A DNA stretch of 64,000 nucleotides from Stenomitos rutilans HA7619-LM2 (GCA_019358945.1 JAHHIE010000027.1:2994-66993); one strand, 5' to 3'. Counted from the stretch's first letter, positions 27,617-37,865 are shown. Numbers and translations are program-made. Notes: a model not told the origin generated them from the letters alone.

Positions 27617-28966
27617 CTAGTTAATCACCGGACTCACCTTACTCACCGTCTTCAACTTGCCATCTGCTTCGACTTCCCATACGTCGTAGACTCCAGAGAC
27701 ATCGCCGCTATCATCAATATCGACATTGCCGCTAGCGCCCTGGTAGTTGATCTTTTCACCCTTGCTTAACAGCTTTAGCCCTTCGCAGACATCGCTGACA
27801 TCTTTACCAGGGCCATCTGCCACTTCCCGGATTGTGCTCTTGATGGCATCGCCTGTATTGGCTTTAGCCGCTTGAGCTGCAAGCACTACTAATGCTGCTG
27901 CATCCCAGGCTTGAGGAGCATAGGCAGCAGGGGCCTGGTTGTACTTTGCTTGCCAGAGTTTGGTGAGTGCATCCAGCGCTTTACCGTCCGCGCCAGGAAT
28001 AGTGCCAACCGCGCCTTGCAGAATAAATTTGCCATCGCTCGTTTTGCCCACCTGCGACGCAAACTGATCCGATTTAGACCCATCGGTTAGTAGAATCTGC
28101 ACGCCTTTGCTCAAGCCCTGCTGGTAAGCTGTTTTAAGCAACAGTGCGCCTGTTTCGGCGTAGGCAACCGCTGCGACCCCTTGAGGTTTACCGCCAAACG
28201 CTGCTTGCACTTCGGTTTCAAAGGTAGTAGCTTTGGGGTCATAACGAGCGGGCTTTGCCTCGTTGGTGACGGTACCGCCAAGCTTTTTGAAGGCTTGCAC
28301 AAATTCTTTCTCAAAGCCTCTGCCGTAATCATTGTTGATGACGATCGTCGCTGCCCGTCGAATCCCTCTTTCATAGGCTAACCTTGCCAAGGCGCGTGCC
28401 TGATAGGTATCTGGTGGAGCGGTGCGTGCCCAGTAACCTTGAAATTCACCCTTTTTGCCCCGCTCTGTAAAGACGGGACTGGTACTGCCAGGCGATACCA
28501 GCATGACCTTGTTGCGAATGGCGATCGGAATGGCGGCGGCCGAAACACTACTGCCAAACGACCCAATGACACCAGCCACTTTATCGACTTCAGCCAGCTT
28601 GGTCATACCATCGGCCCCGGCTGTGGGATCGGTTTGGTCATCGGTGTTGGGTAAAAGGTTGACGGGAGCACCATTCACGCCACCGCACTTGTTAACAGTT
28701 TCGACCAGCAAAGGCACGGCTGCCAGCATAGGTTGCCCGACAGAAGCCAAGTCACCCGTCGCGGGAAGCAACGTCCCGATTTTGAGACCGTTTCCACCAC
28801 CACTGGCTGAAACGCTGGGGGATGAAGCGCCTGCCGATGGGGTATTAGCAGGGGGTGCTGAGGCTTCTTGACAGGAAGCCGCGAGAAAGCCGATCGCCAG
28901 CGTAGCGAGTGCTAGCGAGACAGCTTTAGCAGGTTTAAGTTGATTCACGGAAGTGAGTGGTTTCAT
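27617..28966 (-). CDS. Branched-chain amino acid ABC transporter substrate-binding lipoprotein
   Basis: Lipobox LAASC; KIGTLLPATG, DDQTDP and SPGSTSP of the LivJ-like fold. Confidence 0.88.
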   Translation of the reverse strand: MKPLTSVNQLKPAKAVSLALATLAIGFLAASCQEASAPPANTPSAGASSPSVSASGGGNGLKIGTLLPATGDLASVGQPMLAAVPLLVETVNKCGGVNGAPVNLLPNTDDQTDPTAGADGMTKLAEVDKVAGVIGSFGSSVSAAAIPIAIRNKVMLVSPGSTSPVFTERGKKGEFQGYWARTAPPDTYQARALARLAYERGIRRAATIVINNDYGRGFEKEFVQAFKKLGGTVTNEAKPARYDPKATTFETEVQAAFGGKPQGVAAVAYAETGALLLKTAYQQGLSKGVQILLTDGSKSDQFASQVGKTSDGKFILQGAVGTIPGADGKALDALTKLWQAKYNQAPAAYAPQAWDAAALVVLAAQAAKANTGDAIKSTIREVADGPGKDVSDVCEGLKLLSKGEKINYQGASGNVDIDDSGDVSGVYDVWEVEADGKLKTVSKVSPVIN

Positions 28967-29186
28967 CGGTAAAGTTAAACTCCTCAACGTTTCCTAATAG
29001 TTTAGGGGCTATGGACGATCGGTGTAAGTCAGAAGGTAGAAGGTAGGGGGCAGGGAGGGGGAAATAGGGAAAATTCAAAACTCTTACACCTCTCACCTCT
29101 CACCTCTCTCTTCCAACTCAAAACTCTCTAGCTTGTCGGCGCAAAGCGCTACTCAAAACTCAAAACTTCTACGCTGACTGCTGCGT

Positions 29187-30962
29187 CTACGTTCGTTCTT
29201 CTGGCGTTTGGATGGGTTCAAATACCGGGCAGAAGCCATCTGGGGTCACTTTAAATTCAAATAGTGGTGAGAGTTGATTCCAGCAGCGCTGACTGCGATA
29301 GTGGCGACAGTTACCACAGCAGTTACGTAACGGCGAGTTCGCATCCATCCAGTCCAGCAGGCGATCGTTTGGTCGCAGCAGTTCTCGCTGGGGCAACCCG
29401 CGTAACACCAGTTCATCGCCTTGCCAGCGAGCTTCTATCAAGCCGGTATCAGCCAGTTGCTGCCAGCGTGGATCGACGGTAATCGCATCCGGCAGCGTAA
29501 TCGTCACGCTCATATTTAGCTCGGTCAGTTCGCCCTCATAGCTGGCTTCAGGAGCCGCTGCATGCAAAAACGTTTCCCCGATCGGCAGCTCGACCAGACT
29601 GTTAGCTGCTGGGGTATGCAGGTGGTAGCGGTTGTGCAGTTCTTCCAACCCAGTCAAATCTGCCAGATAGGTTGGCGAACCGTGCACAAACACAACGTGC
29701 TGTGGTCGCAAGTTATGAATCAATTGCGTTGTCCCAGGGCCATCGCAGTGTTGCGCAAGCAAGTACGTTTCAGTATGGGGTAGGGGATGTAGAAAAATCG
29801 AGCTAGGCTGCGTTGTCGCTGGAATGTTACGTCCGCGATCGCGTGATTCGGTATCTGTAGACGTTGGCCTCGCTGGCTTCTCCCCTGCCCCCTGTCCTCC
29901 ATCCCTTGCTTGATCCCTCCCATAGTGCGGTTCCTGCGGCTGTAACACCAGCCAGGCACCTGGATTATCTGCATAATATTGGCTCAGGTCAGCCGTAACA
30001 TCCGTTAGTACGATCGACGGACGTTGGGCCAGTAAAACCTGCCGACTGGCGTTGAGATGACGTACACGGGGACGCACGCGTTCATCCCAAAAGAGAGCCT
30101 GATGACGGGCAAAGTTTTGTACCGAGGTCGGCAAGTGAGGCAGAATTTCCAAATAAGCATCACAGCCTGCTGCCACAGAGCCATCGACCCAGATGTCGAT
30201 ATCCCGACCTGTAAAGTGGTGGTGGCTGCGCAGTAGCATCAATAGCTCTTGCCCTAACCCCAGCGCTGGAGCGGGAAGAAGAATGGACTGCTTGTCTGCG
30301 ATCGCGCGCGCGATCCGTTCTGCCAACTGGTTTTCTTGCTGCCGACGGTGGGGATGTCGTGCCGTGCCATAGCTGCCCTCCACGATTAAAACATCTGGCT
30401 CAAGGCCACGTAACTCTTCTAGCGGCATTCCCTCCACCAGGCGGGCATTCGATAAAAAGAAATCACCCGTATATAGAACGGTGTAAGCACGAGGGGAGCG
30501 ATCGTCCTCTGGTAGGGGTGTATAGGTGAGCAAAAACGAAGTCGCTCCAGGTAAATGCCCTGAAGGATAAAGTTCAACATTCAGCCCGTCAAAGAACTCG
30601 ATTGAAGTGCGCCAAGGCAGTGCATGACATAGAGAGATGCTATGGCCGGGGTCAGCCTTCTCATAAGAACCGTTAGGGTTAACAGTAGGCCAGTTCAGCG
30701 GCAAAAACTGAGTGGTGACTTCACTCGCATAGATCGGTAGCTGAGGAAACGCCTGATGCAGTGCCAATAGCCCTCTTGCATGATCGGCATGCGCGTGGCT
30801 GCATAGCACCAAATCGGCTGGTGGCGACGCTTTTGTAGCTAAGAGTGTGGAAAGATCGGTCAAACCGCAGTCCAGCAAAACCCGATAACGCCCAAGCTTA
30901 AGCAGAAGACAAACCCCTTCATCTGCCCCAACACCATACGCTAAGCATTCCAGTTCACTCAC
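29187..30962 (-). CDS. MBL-fold metallo-hydrolase (beta-CASP RNase-like) with Cys-rich C-terminal domain
   Basis: SHAHADH, SGHLPG, YTGD, EGSYG and FVHG motifs; C-terminal CGNCRHY...C...CPVFE. Confidence 0.85.
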   Translation of the reverse strand: MSELECLAYGVGADEGVCLLLKLGRYRVLLDCGLTDLSTLLATKASPPADLVLCSHAHADHARGLLALHQAFPQLPIYASEVTTQFLPLNWPTVNPNGSYEKADPGHSISLCHALPWRTSIEFFDGLNVELYPSGHLPGATSFLLTYTPLPEDDRSPRAYTVLYTGDFFLSNARLVEGMPLEELRGLEPDVLIVEGSYGTARHPHRRQQENQLAERIARAIADKQSILLPAPALGLGQELLMLLRSHHHFTGRDIDIWVDGSVAAGCDAYLEILPHLPTSVQNFARHQALFWDERVRPRVRHLNASRQVLLAQRPSIVLTDVTADLSQYYADNPGAWLVLQPQEPHYGRDQARDGGQGAGEKPARPTSTDTESRDRGRNIPATTQPSSIFLHPLPHTETYLLAQHCDGPGTTQLIHNLRPQHVVFVHGSPTYLADLTGLEELHNRYHLHTPAANSLVELPIGETFLHAAAPEASYEGELTELNMSVTITLPDAITVDPRWQQLADTGLIEARWQGDELVLRGLPQRELLRPNDRLLDWMDANSPLRNCCGNCRHYRSQRCWNQLSPLFEFKVTPDGFCPVFEPIQTPEERT

Positions 30963-31319
30963 GATCGCGTCGCTTTCCCGCCCTGGGATTCACACAGCAT
31001 CTACGCCCAACAGCCTCATGCCTCTGTTGGCAAAGTATTGTGTTAGTCATCGCTCTCTAACCAGACTACGCTATAGAGTAACCACTCTGGCGATGCTCGA
31101 CGGTACTTGCAGGAAGCATCTGATTCTTATCCATCGATGCAAGCAGGAGCTTTTGCGCGTCGATCGCGCAGCCTGAAGCCTCCGTTTGAAAGAGCGTCAG
31201 CTAGCAAGGTATAGTTCTGCGGTTGCTAGGCTACATCCAGCGGGTGCATTCGGAGTGCTGCGTCCAGCATGTTGCATTCAGCAAAGCGGTTGCTCTGAAA
31301 TCACACATCCACCTCAAAA

Positions 31320-31442
31320 TTAATGAGCAGAGCCATTGCCGTGGTAATTATCAGTGTCGTAAAAGCCGTTTTTGGTGCCAAAAAACAAGCATGCCACTGT
31401 AAACACAGCCGTCAAAACCACTAGAACTAATTTGACATCCAT
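31320..31442 (-). CDS. ndhP: Photosynthetic NDH-1 complex subunit P (40 aa; below ORF-track cutoff)
   Basis: MDVKLVLVVLTAVFTVACLFFGTKNGFYDTDNYHGNGSAH*; the C-terminal FFGTxNGFYDTDxYHGNGSAH is the NdhP signature. Confidence 0.93.
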   Translation of the reverse strand: MDVKLVLVVLTAVFTVACLFFGTKNGFYDTDNYHGNGSAH

Positions 31443-31503
31443 TTTGAAGGGCCTCCAGGGCTACTATGAAAGTTATTGACATCAGTTGTGCTAGAGGGCG
31501 ATC

Positions 31504-32178
31504 GTGCCAGACTCTCAACCTCCGAAGATTGTAAAACGATCTTTTGCGAATCCTAGCGATCCACAGAATTTTGCAACAAGTTTGGTGCTGACACCCGGCT
31601 GGTTTGCTCGTCCCTCTACTGCCGTTGCCCCTGACCTTATCGGTTGCACCCTTGTCCGTCGTCTACCGGATGGCACAATTTGGCGCGGTCTCCTTGTGGA
31701 AACAGAAGCCTACATGCCGGATGATCCCGCCTGCCATGCCTATCGCCGCCGTACCGAGCGCAACGCAGTCATGTTTGGTGCGGCTGGAATGACCTACGTA
31801 TACCTCATCTACGGCATGTACCACTGTTTAAACGTCGTGACCGATTTGGATGGGGTGCCCAGTGCTGTTCTCATACGGGCACTCCAACTAGAGACCATTC
31901 CGCCCTGGATTGACCCGCAAAAAGAGCCAAAGCCTCATCGCATTGCGGCTGGTCCCGGCAAACTCTGCCGCGCACTCAAAATTGACCTCAGCCTGACGGC
32001 TCACCCTCTACAGCTTGGGCAACCCCTGTGGCTAGAACAGCGCAGTCCCAAATTTCAGCACATTCTAGAGCAGCAAGCGATCGCCCTCGTTCAAACCACC
32101 CGCATTGGCTTAACTCAAGGTGCTGATTTCCCCTGGCGCTGGTATCTGGCAAATTGCCCCGCTGTGTCGAAGAAATAG
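31504..32178 (+). CDS. mpg: 3-methyladenine DNA glycosylase (MPG/AAG family)
   Basis: VETEAY, ACHAY, YVYLIYGMY.C.N, AVLIRAL and GPGKLC motifs. Confidence 0.94.
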   Translation: MPDSQPPKIVKRSFANPSDPQNFATSLVLTPGWFARPSTAVAPDLIGCTLVRRLPDGTIWRGLLVETEAYMPDDPACHAYRRRTERNAVMFGAAGMTYVYLIYGMYHCLNVVTDLDGVPSAVLIRALQLETIPPWIDPQKEPKPHRIAAGPGKLCRALKIDLSLTAHPLQLGQPLWLEQRSPKFQHILEQQAIALVQTTRIGLTQGADFPWRWYLANCPAVSKK

Positions 32179-32357
32179 TTGTTGGTAAAAGGCAGAGGGC
32201 AGAAGGCAGAAGGCAGAGGGAGCAAGGGGTAGAGGAGGAAAGGGTTTTGAGCAGTTAGCGGTCAGCTATCAGTGGTCAACGGTTAGCGATTAGCTTTCAA
32301 TCTTTAACCTACTCCCTACTCCCAATTTAGCCTTTAGCCTTCATCCTTTATCCTTTC

Positions 32358-32942
32358 CTACAGCACAATCTCCTCTCCTTTCTCTGTGAACTGCACCGAT
32401 TTGATTCGCCACTGGACATTATCAATGAGCGTTTTGCGGATGCCGCCGAAGAGGGCGAGCTGTTCGCAGCTTGAGAGCGATCGAAACTGGCGTTTGGCAT
32501 TGGCAGGAAGACGAAGATCGATGATCGCCCGGTTCCCTTCGCGGCTGATCCGATAGCCTGCAATGGTAAAGTCGCCGCTGTCGGTTTCTTCTAGCACCTT
32601 GGCGATCGCGCCTTCAAGCGATTGGTTTGCCGCGATCGTCACTTTTTCAGGGGTTAGCGCAGCACAACGATTATCCACCTTGTAGAGATTGATTGTCGTC
32701 ATTTTGACAGAAGGTGTCGGTTTGATGGGCCCTAGAGATTGGGCGATCGCCGAGGGTGTTGTTGTAGGACTACTACCTGCAGAAGGGACACTCGCAGAAG
32801 GGACACTCGCAGAAGGGACACTCGCAGAAGGGACACTCGCAGAAGGGGTGCTTTCCGGGGGTGGCGCAACGCCACAACTGGTCAAACTAAGTAGGAGCAG
32901 GCCTACCATGCCTGTGATGAGGGAAGAAAGGGAGGCATTCAT
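32358..32942 (-). CDS. GerMN-like domain lipoprotein with (SASVP)n linker
   Basis: Lipobox LTSC; CEQLALFGGIRKTLIDNVQWRIKSVQFTEKGEEI. Confidence 0.72.
   Translation of the reverse strand: MNASLSSLITGMVGLLLLSLTSCGVAPPPESTPSASVPSASVPSASVPSASVPSAGSSPTTTPSAIAQSLGPIKPTPSVKMTTINLYKVDNRCAALTPEKVTIAANQSLEGAIAKVLEETDSGDFTIAGYRISREGNRAIIDLRLPANAKRQFRSLSSCEQLALFGGIRKTLIDNVQWRIKSVQFTEKGEEIVL
32779..32847. repeat. 15-bp perfect tandem repeat GCAGAAGGGACACTC x4.6
   Basis: Units at 32779, 32794, 32809 and 32824, partial at 32839; encodes a PSASV linker. Confidence 0.93.
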
Positions 32943-33163
32943 AACTCAGGAGTAATCCTATAGATCGATCTTTTAAAGAAGTGTCCTTCTTTACATTGTG
33001 TACTGGACTAAGAAGGGTTAGCATAAGCTCAGCGGTACTTATAGCTAGTACCGATGTCGCATTTTGTGGATTTCATGGACTCTAGTCCATCACCTTACAG
33101 TAATACCCTCCTCTAACCTGGTGAGCCTCCATCTCCCAGCGCGGGGGAGATTTAGGAGACGCT

Positions 33164-34513
33164 ATGCTAACCCAGGAAGGTCGTACTTCACTGTCGGATA
33201 TTGCCGACTTGAATCGTTTAAAGCTAGAGCTAAACCAGCTCCAGCCCGTTGATATCGGGGATTACATTGAAGATCTGCCACCCGAACGGCGTGCGATCAC
33301 CTTCCGTTTGCTCAACAAAGGTCAGGCAACTGAAGTTTTTGAATATCTTGACCAGGATGTCCGCGAGGAACTCATTGGCTATTTGCACGATGCTCAGGTG
33401 TGTCAGCTTGTAGAGGGGATGCGCCCGGACGATCGTGCTGAATTGTTCGATGAATTGCCCGCTGGCGTAGTTAGACGCTTGATCCAGCAGCTTAGTCCGG
33501 GTGAACGGCAAGCTACAGCAACCATTCTGGGCTATCCAGAAGGGACGGCTGGACGGGTGATGACCACCGAATATGTGCGGTTGCGGCAGGGCTTAACCGT
33601 TGCTCAAGCGCTGAGCAAGATTCGCTTGAATGACCAGGATAAGGAAACGGTCTACTACGCCTACGTCACTGATGACAACCGCAAGCTAGTACAGGTGGTA
33701 TCGCTGCGACAATTAGTCTTTTCGCTTCCAGAAGCGCTGATTGGTGACATTGCCAGCGATCGCGTGCTCAAGGTCTACACCGACACGCTTCAAGAAGAAG
33801 TGGCGCAATTGATGAAACGCTACGACTTGCTAGCGCTGCCTGTGGTCGATCACGAAGATCGCTTAGTGGGCATCATCACCATTGATGATGTGATCGACAT
33901 TCTAGAAGAAGAGGCCACTGAGGACATTCAGCGGTTAGCGGGTGTGGGCAACGGGGACGAATCCTCTCTGTCTCACCCATTGATCAAGCTGCGCAATCGG
34001 TTGCCTTGGCTGCTGGGTATTATGGCGCTATATATCGGAGCCTCAAGCGCGATCGCGCCCTTCCAAAAAACGATCGCGATGGTGCCTGTCTTGGCCGTGA
34101 TCATGCCCCTGTTCTCAAATACGGGCGGTACTGTTGGTATTCAGGCGCTCACCGTGACAATTCGATCGCTTGGGGTGGGTGAAGTGACTCCCCATGACAC
34201 GCTCAAAATTCTCCGGAAGGAACTGGTGGCAGGAGTCGGAGCCGCGATCACCCTTGGCTTAACCATGATTATGCTAGCGCTGATCTGGACTCCGCCAAAC
34301 GAGCGCTGGGTTGCACTGGTGGCAGGCTTTGTGATGGCAGCTAATACGCTCGTTGCCGTCACGTTGGGCACGCTATTGCCAATGGGCTTGAAGCGGCTCA
34401 AGCTCGATCCAGCGTTGGTTAGTGGGCCACTGGTCACAACGATGCTAGACACAATCGGGTTTATTCTGTTCCTAACGCTGATCACGATCGTGCTGCGGTT
34501 CGTTTCACCATAG
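33164..34513 (+). CDS. mgtE: Magnesium transporter MgtE
   Basis: N domain, tandem CBS domains (TAGRVMTTEY; LVGIITIDD), TM GGTVG.QA and PLVTTMLD. Confidence 0.96.
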   Translation: MLTQEGRTSLSDIADLNRLKLELNQLQPVDIGDYIEDLPPERRAITFRLLNKGQATEVFEYLDQDVREELIGYLHDAQVCQLVEGMRPDDRAELFDELPAGVVRRLIQQLSPGERQATATILGYPEGTAGRVMTTEYVRLRQGLTVAQALSKIRLNDQDKETVYYAYVTDDNRKLVQVVSLRQLVFSLPEALIGDIASDRVLKVYTDTLQEEVAQLMKRYDLLALPVVDHEDRLVGIITIDDVIDILEEEATEDIQRLAGVGNGDESSLSHPLIKLRNRLPWLLGIMALYIGASSAIAPFQKTIAMVPVLAVIMPLFSNTGGTVGIQALTVTIRSLGVGEVTPHDTLKILRKELVAGVGAAITLGLTMIMLALIWTPPNERWVALVAGFVMAANTLVAVTLGTLLPMGLKRLKLDPALVSGPLVTTMLDTIGFILFLTLITIVLRFVSP

Positions 34514-34523
34514 TCTGGGCAAT

Positions 34524-34850
34524 TCACGCTATCCCCTGGGACGGTTCCGCCCCACAGGTGTTTTGCTTCCAGTGCTTCATCTCTTCATCAGTAAAGTGAT
34601 TCACCAAATCCTGGTACATTTTTTCAATGGCATCAGCGTTTAAGCCTTCCGCTTCCGCCCAAAGGCGACGTTGTTTGAGCATCGCTTGCAAGCGATCGGG
34701 CGCTCTGACCGTTGTTTCACTGGTCTTAAATTTAGAAGCAGCTTTGACGTAGGCGAAACGCTGACCTAGCAAGGCAATCAATTGACGGTCTAGCCGATCG
34801 ATTTCAGCTCGAATCTCCGCCATATTTGCGCACTCATCTGGTACCTTCAT
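34524..34850 (-). CDS. AroQ-type chorismate mutase / isochorismate pyruvate-lyase (PchB-like)
   Basis: EIRAEIDRLDRQLIALLGQRFAYVKAASKFK; ATG at 34850. Confidence 0.85.
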   Translation of the reverse strand: MKVPDECANMAEIRAEIDRLDRQLIALLGQRFAYVKAASKFKTSETTVRAPDRLQAMLKQRRLWAEAEGLNADAIEKMYQDLVNHFTDEEMKHWKQNTCGAEPSQGIA

Positions 34851-35076
34851 AAGCCTGCACAGTTTGGTGGGTGGGGTTAGCTTGCGTCTGTTAACGAAGC
34901 GCCATAGCAAGAGTTTACCCTGATGGCACTTGTCAAGTGAGAAGTCTAAAGGATGTACCTTAGTGTGGGTGCGTTTGCACTCGATCGCCATGTATGTCCC
35001 CCAAATACGGGTGCAGGGCTTTGACATTCCTGCTGCATCAGCAGACTCGTCGCCATCACTCTCTTCTTCTTTTCTC

Positions 35077-36159
35077 ATGAGCGTTACCTGGAATCGGCAT
35101 CACATCCTATCCTTGGCGGACTTCACCCCCGATGAGTACGACACGGTTCTGCAAACAGCCAACAGCTTTCGTGAGGTGTTGTCACGTCGCACCAAGAAAG
35201 TACCGACCTTGCAGGGACAAGTGGTGGCGAATCTGTTTTTTGAGTCATCAACCCGCACTCGTAGCAGCTTTGAGTTGGCAGCCAAGCGCCTCTCTGCCGA
35301 TACGCTCAACTTTGCGCCGGGAACATCATCGTTGAGTAAAGGCGAAACCATCCTTGATACCGCCAAAACATACCTGGCAATGGGCACTGACATGATGGTG
35401 ATTCGCCACCGCGAAGCAGGCGTACCGCAAGCGATCGCCAACGAAATGGATCGTCTTGGCGTGAGAGTCGGAGTCCTCAATGCTGGCGATGGTCAGCACG
35501 AACATCCCTCCCAAGCGTTGCTGGATCTATTCACCATCACCACCCTGCTTGACCCTGACCATCCCAGGCTGGAGGTCTTGAAAGACAAAAAAATTGCGAT
35601 CGTTGGTGACATCCTCCACTCCCGCGTGGCTCGTTCTAACCTGTGGAGCCTCACTGCCAGCGGAGCCGAAGTGCATCTGGCGGGGCCACCGACGTTGTTG
35701 CCGCAGTTGTTTGCTGATTTTGTGAGGGAAGATAAGGCTAAAGGATTAGAGCTAAAGGATAAAAGTGAGCAGCCAAATTCATCCTTCATCCCACCGCAAA
35801 GCGGAAGCAAGCTACATCCTTCATCCTTTCCCCGAAAGCTCTTCCTCCACTGGTCACTGGAACCCGCCCTCCGCGATGCCGATTTTGTGATGACGTTGCG
35901 GTTGCAGAAAGAGCGCATGACTAGTCATTTGCTACCCAGCTTGCGGGAGTACCACCAGCAGTTTGGCCTGACGTGCGATCGCCTCAAACTGTGTAAACCC
36001 GATGTCAAAGTCCTCCATCCAGGGCCAGTGAATCGTGGGGTCGAAATTAGCTCGGAGCTGATGGATGATCCCCAGTGCAGCCTGATTTCGCAACAGGTAA
36101 CGAGCGGGGTCGCAGTCCGCATGGCGCTACTCTACCTCATGGGCAGCAGCAAACTTTAA
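35077..36159 (+). CDS. pyrB: Aspartate carbamoyltransferase catalytic subunit (with ~35-aa low-complexity insert)
   Basis: [33 protein letters not shown] and HPGPVNRG motifs. Confidence 0.97.
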   Translation: MSVTWNRHHILSLADFTPDEYDTVLQTANSFREVLSRRTKKVPTLQGQVVANLFFESSTRTRSSFELAAKRLSADTLNFAPGTSSLSKGETILDTAKTYLAMGTDMMVIRHREAGVPQAIANEMDRLGVRVGVLNAGDGQHEHPSQALLDLFTITTLLDPDHPRLEVLKDKKIAIVGDILHSRVARSNLWSLTASGAEVHLAGPPTLLPQLFADFVREDKAKGLELKDKSEQPNSSFIPPQSGSKLHPSSFPRKLFLHWSLEPALRDADFVMTLRLQKERMTSHLLPSLREYHQQFGLTCDRLKLCKPDVKVLHPGPVNRGVEISSELMDDPQCSLISQQVTSGVAVRMALLYLMGSSKL

Positions 36160-36315
36160 AGGAGGTCTAAAGATTGCTCAAAAAGTCAAAATCTGCGTTC
36201 TTTTGCCACGGCATCACGTTAGGATTACCTACACTTTTTAAGTGGATGAAGGTTGAGAGGCTGCAATAACAAGCTCGCTGAATGATTTTGGCAAAAGGGC
36301 AGATTGATTAAATAA

Positions 36316-36656
36316 TTAGCCTTCTTCAGTTGATACCAATGGTTCAATATAGTTAAGCAAATGCGGTAAATCTTCATTAATCACTGCCCAAACTTCGTCG
36401 AGATCAACTTCATCGTAGTCATGGGTAAGAACATCTCGCATACCTGCAATCTGCTTCCAGGAAATATCTGGATGTTGTGCTTTGAAACCTGGCGATAGCC
36501 TTTTAGTTGCTTCGCCAATGATCATGATATGGCGAAGAATTGCATTTTGCTTTTCAATATTGCCCTCTAAAACGTCTGGTTAACTCCTTCAACATACTGA
36601 AAGATCAATTTGATGGCTTGTACGATATCGAGCAGAGCTTCTGGATCACGCAACAT
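36316..36656 (-). pseudogene. HepT/DUF86 HEPN toxin, frameshifted (-1)
   Basis: ATG at 36656 (MLRDPEALLDIVQAIKLIFQYVEGVN) goes out of frame near 36575; the other frame gives ...IIGEATKRLS...IAGMRDVLTHDYDEVD. Length is 341 nt. Confidence 0.85.
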
Positions 36657-36957
36657 AAATCACTTTTGCTGCATTCAGAATATTGCTGCGTCGAATCCAG
36701 TTACGGCTTTGCTCGATCGCGTTTTTGCTCACCAAATCGACCTTGCGATGTAAGAGTATTTGTAATTCTTCTTGCATCGTCATTTTTTCAACCAAACCTC
36801 GTTTTGAGGCTGGTTGGTAAGCCACTAACACATCTATATCGCTATCAGGGCGAAAGTCATCCCGAAGGATAGAACCAAAGAGCGCCAGTTCAGCAACCTG
36901 CCATCGTTCGCAAAACTCAACCAGCTGAGCTTGTGATACGCCCAGACGATCGTAGAG
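36646..36957 (-). pseudogene. MntA-like minimal nucleotidyltransferase antitoxin, apparently lacking a start codon
   Basis: LYDRLGVSQAQLVEFCERWQVAELALFGSILRDDFRPDSDIDVLV...KVDLV; in-frame TAA at 36958-36960 immediately upstream. Confidence 0.75.
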
Positions 36958-37025
36958 TTATCTCCACACTAATGATAAGTCACAGCCCTGCCATTGAGCG
37001 CAATGGTCTCCAGCATCTGCGTTGC

Positions 37026-37865
37026 TTATTGAGTTGATGATGAAATTGGGTTCCAACTTTCTCCTTGCCTTCTATCCGTCGATTCCCGTTCGCCAAAACG
37101 CCCCCGGATCACGTAACTGAGTAGGCCACCGTATTCTCTCACTGCAACTCCCAGTCGTTCGCGATAGCCCATCCCAAGTGGCAGGGCATTGGGGTGAGAA
37201 ATGACCTCAAACCCATAACTTTGAAACGTGAGCCGCGATCGCAACATGTGGGGATAATCCGTAACCAAAATAATCTGCTTGACACTTTGCGGTAACAGCA
37301 GGTTTGCCGTAAAGCGGGCGTTTTCTTCTGTGGTCAGGGAGCAGTTTTCACCCTCGATCGCAGTATCAGGAATGCCTTTTGCCAGCAACTGACGCACGAT
37401 CGGCTTGGAATCTCCCCGTCCGCTTACAAAGATGCGCGAGGCCCGGTTTGCTTGCCAGAGTGCGGCTGTGGCATCAATGCGATCGTACATGAACCGCGAA
37501 CCACGGCCGAGCACCACGATCGCGTCTGCCTTTGCGCCTGAATCGGGTGGAATTTGACTGGTTAACGCCTTTGTTACGAGCGCAAGGCCTGATGGCGAAG
37601 TCAACAGGAGACAGATCAGCGTTAATACCACAACACTCTGAGTCCGTCGGCGATTCCAGCGCCAATGCCGAAGCTGTCGCTGAAGCCATCGCCGTTGAGG
37701 TGGTTGCCACAGCATCCAGGCCGCCAAAGCCAGCAGCACCAGGAAGAAGGCTAGCAGCGTCAAACGAATGGATAAACTTAGAGGCTGAGTCAATCGGCCC
37801 GAAATCAACCAGGTCAGGCTGACCCAGCGGCTGTGTGACCGAGGACATGAAACAGAATCTAGCAT
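37026..37865 (-). CDS. YdcF/DUF218 family membrane protein (paralog 1)
   Basis: ADAIVVLGRG, TTEENARFT and VTDYPHMLRS motifs. Confidence 0.88.
   Translation of the reverse strand: MLDSVSCPRSHSRWVSLTWLISGRLTQPLSLSIRLTLLAFFLVLLALAAWMLWQPPQRRWLQRQLRHWRWNRRRTQSVVVLTLICLLLTSPSGLALVTKALTSQIPPDSGAKADAIVVLGRGSRFMYDRIDATAALWQANRASRIFVSGRGDSKPIVRQLLAKGIPDTAIEGENCSLTTEENARFTANLLLPQSVKQIILVTDYPHMLRSRLTFQSYGFEVISHPNALPLGMGYRERLGVAVREYGGLLSYVIRGRFGERESTDRRQGESWNPISSSTQ

Noticed and set aside
16458-32178. DNA-repair cluster (nth, ada, mpg)
   Set aside because: The genes are scattered, not co-transcribed, and no shared operator was seen.
34851-35078. Long overlapping N-termini of the chorismate mutase and pyrB ORFs
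   Set aside because: Recognisable domains begin at 34850 (minus) and 35077 (plus); the region is a divergent promoter.
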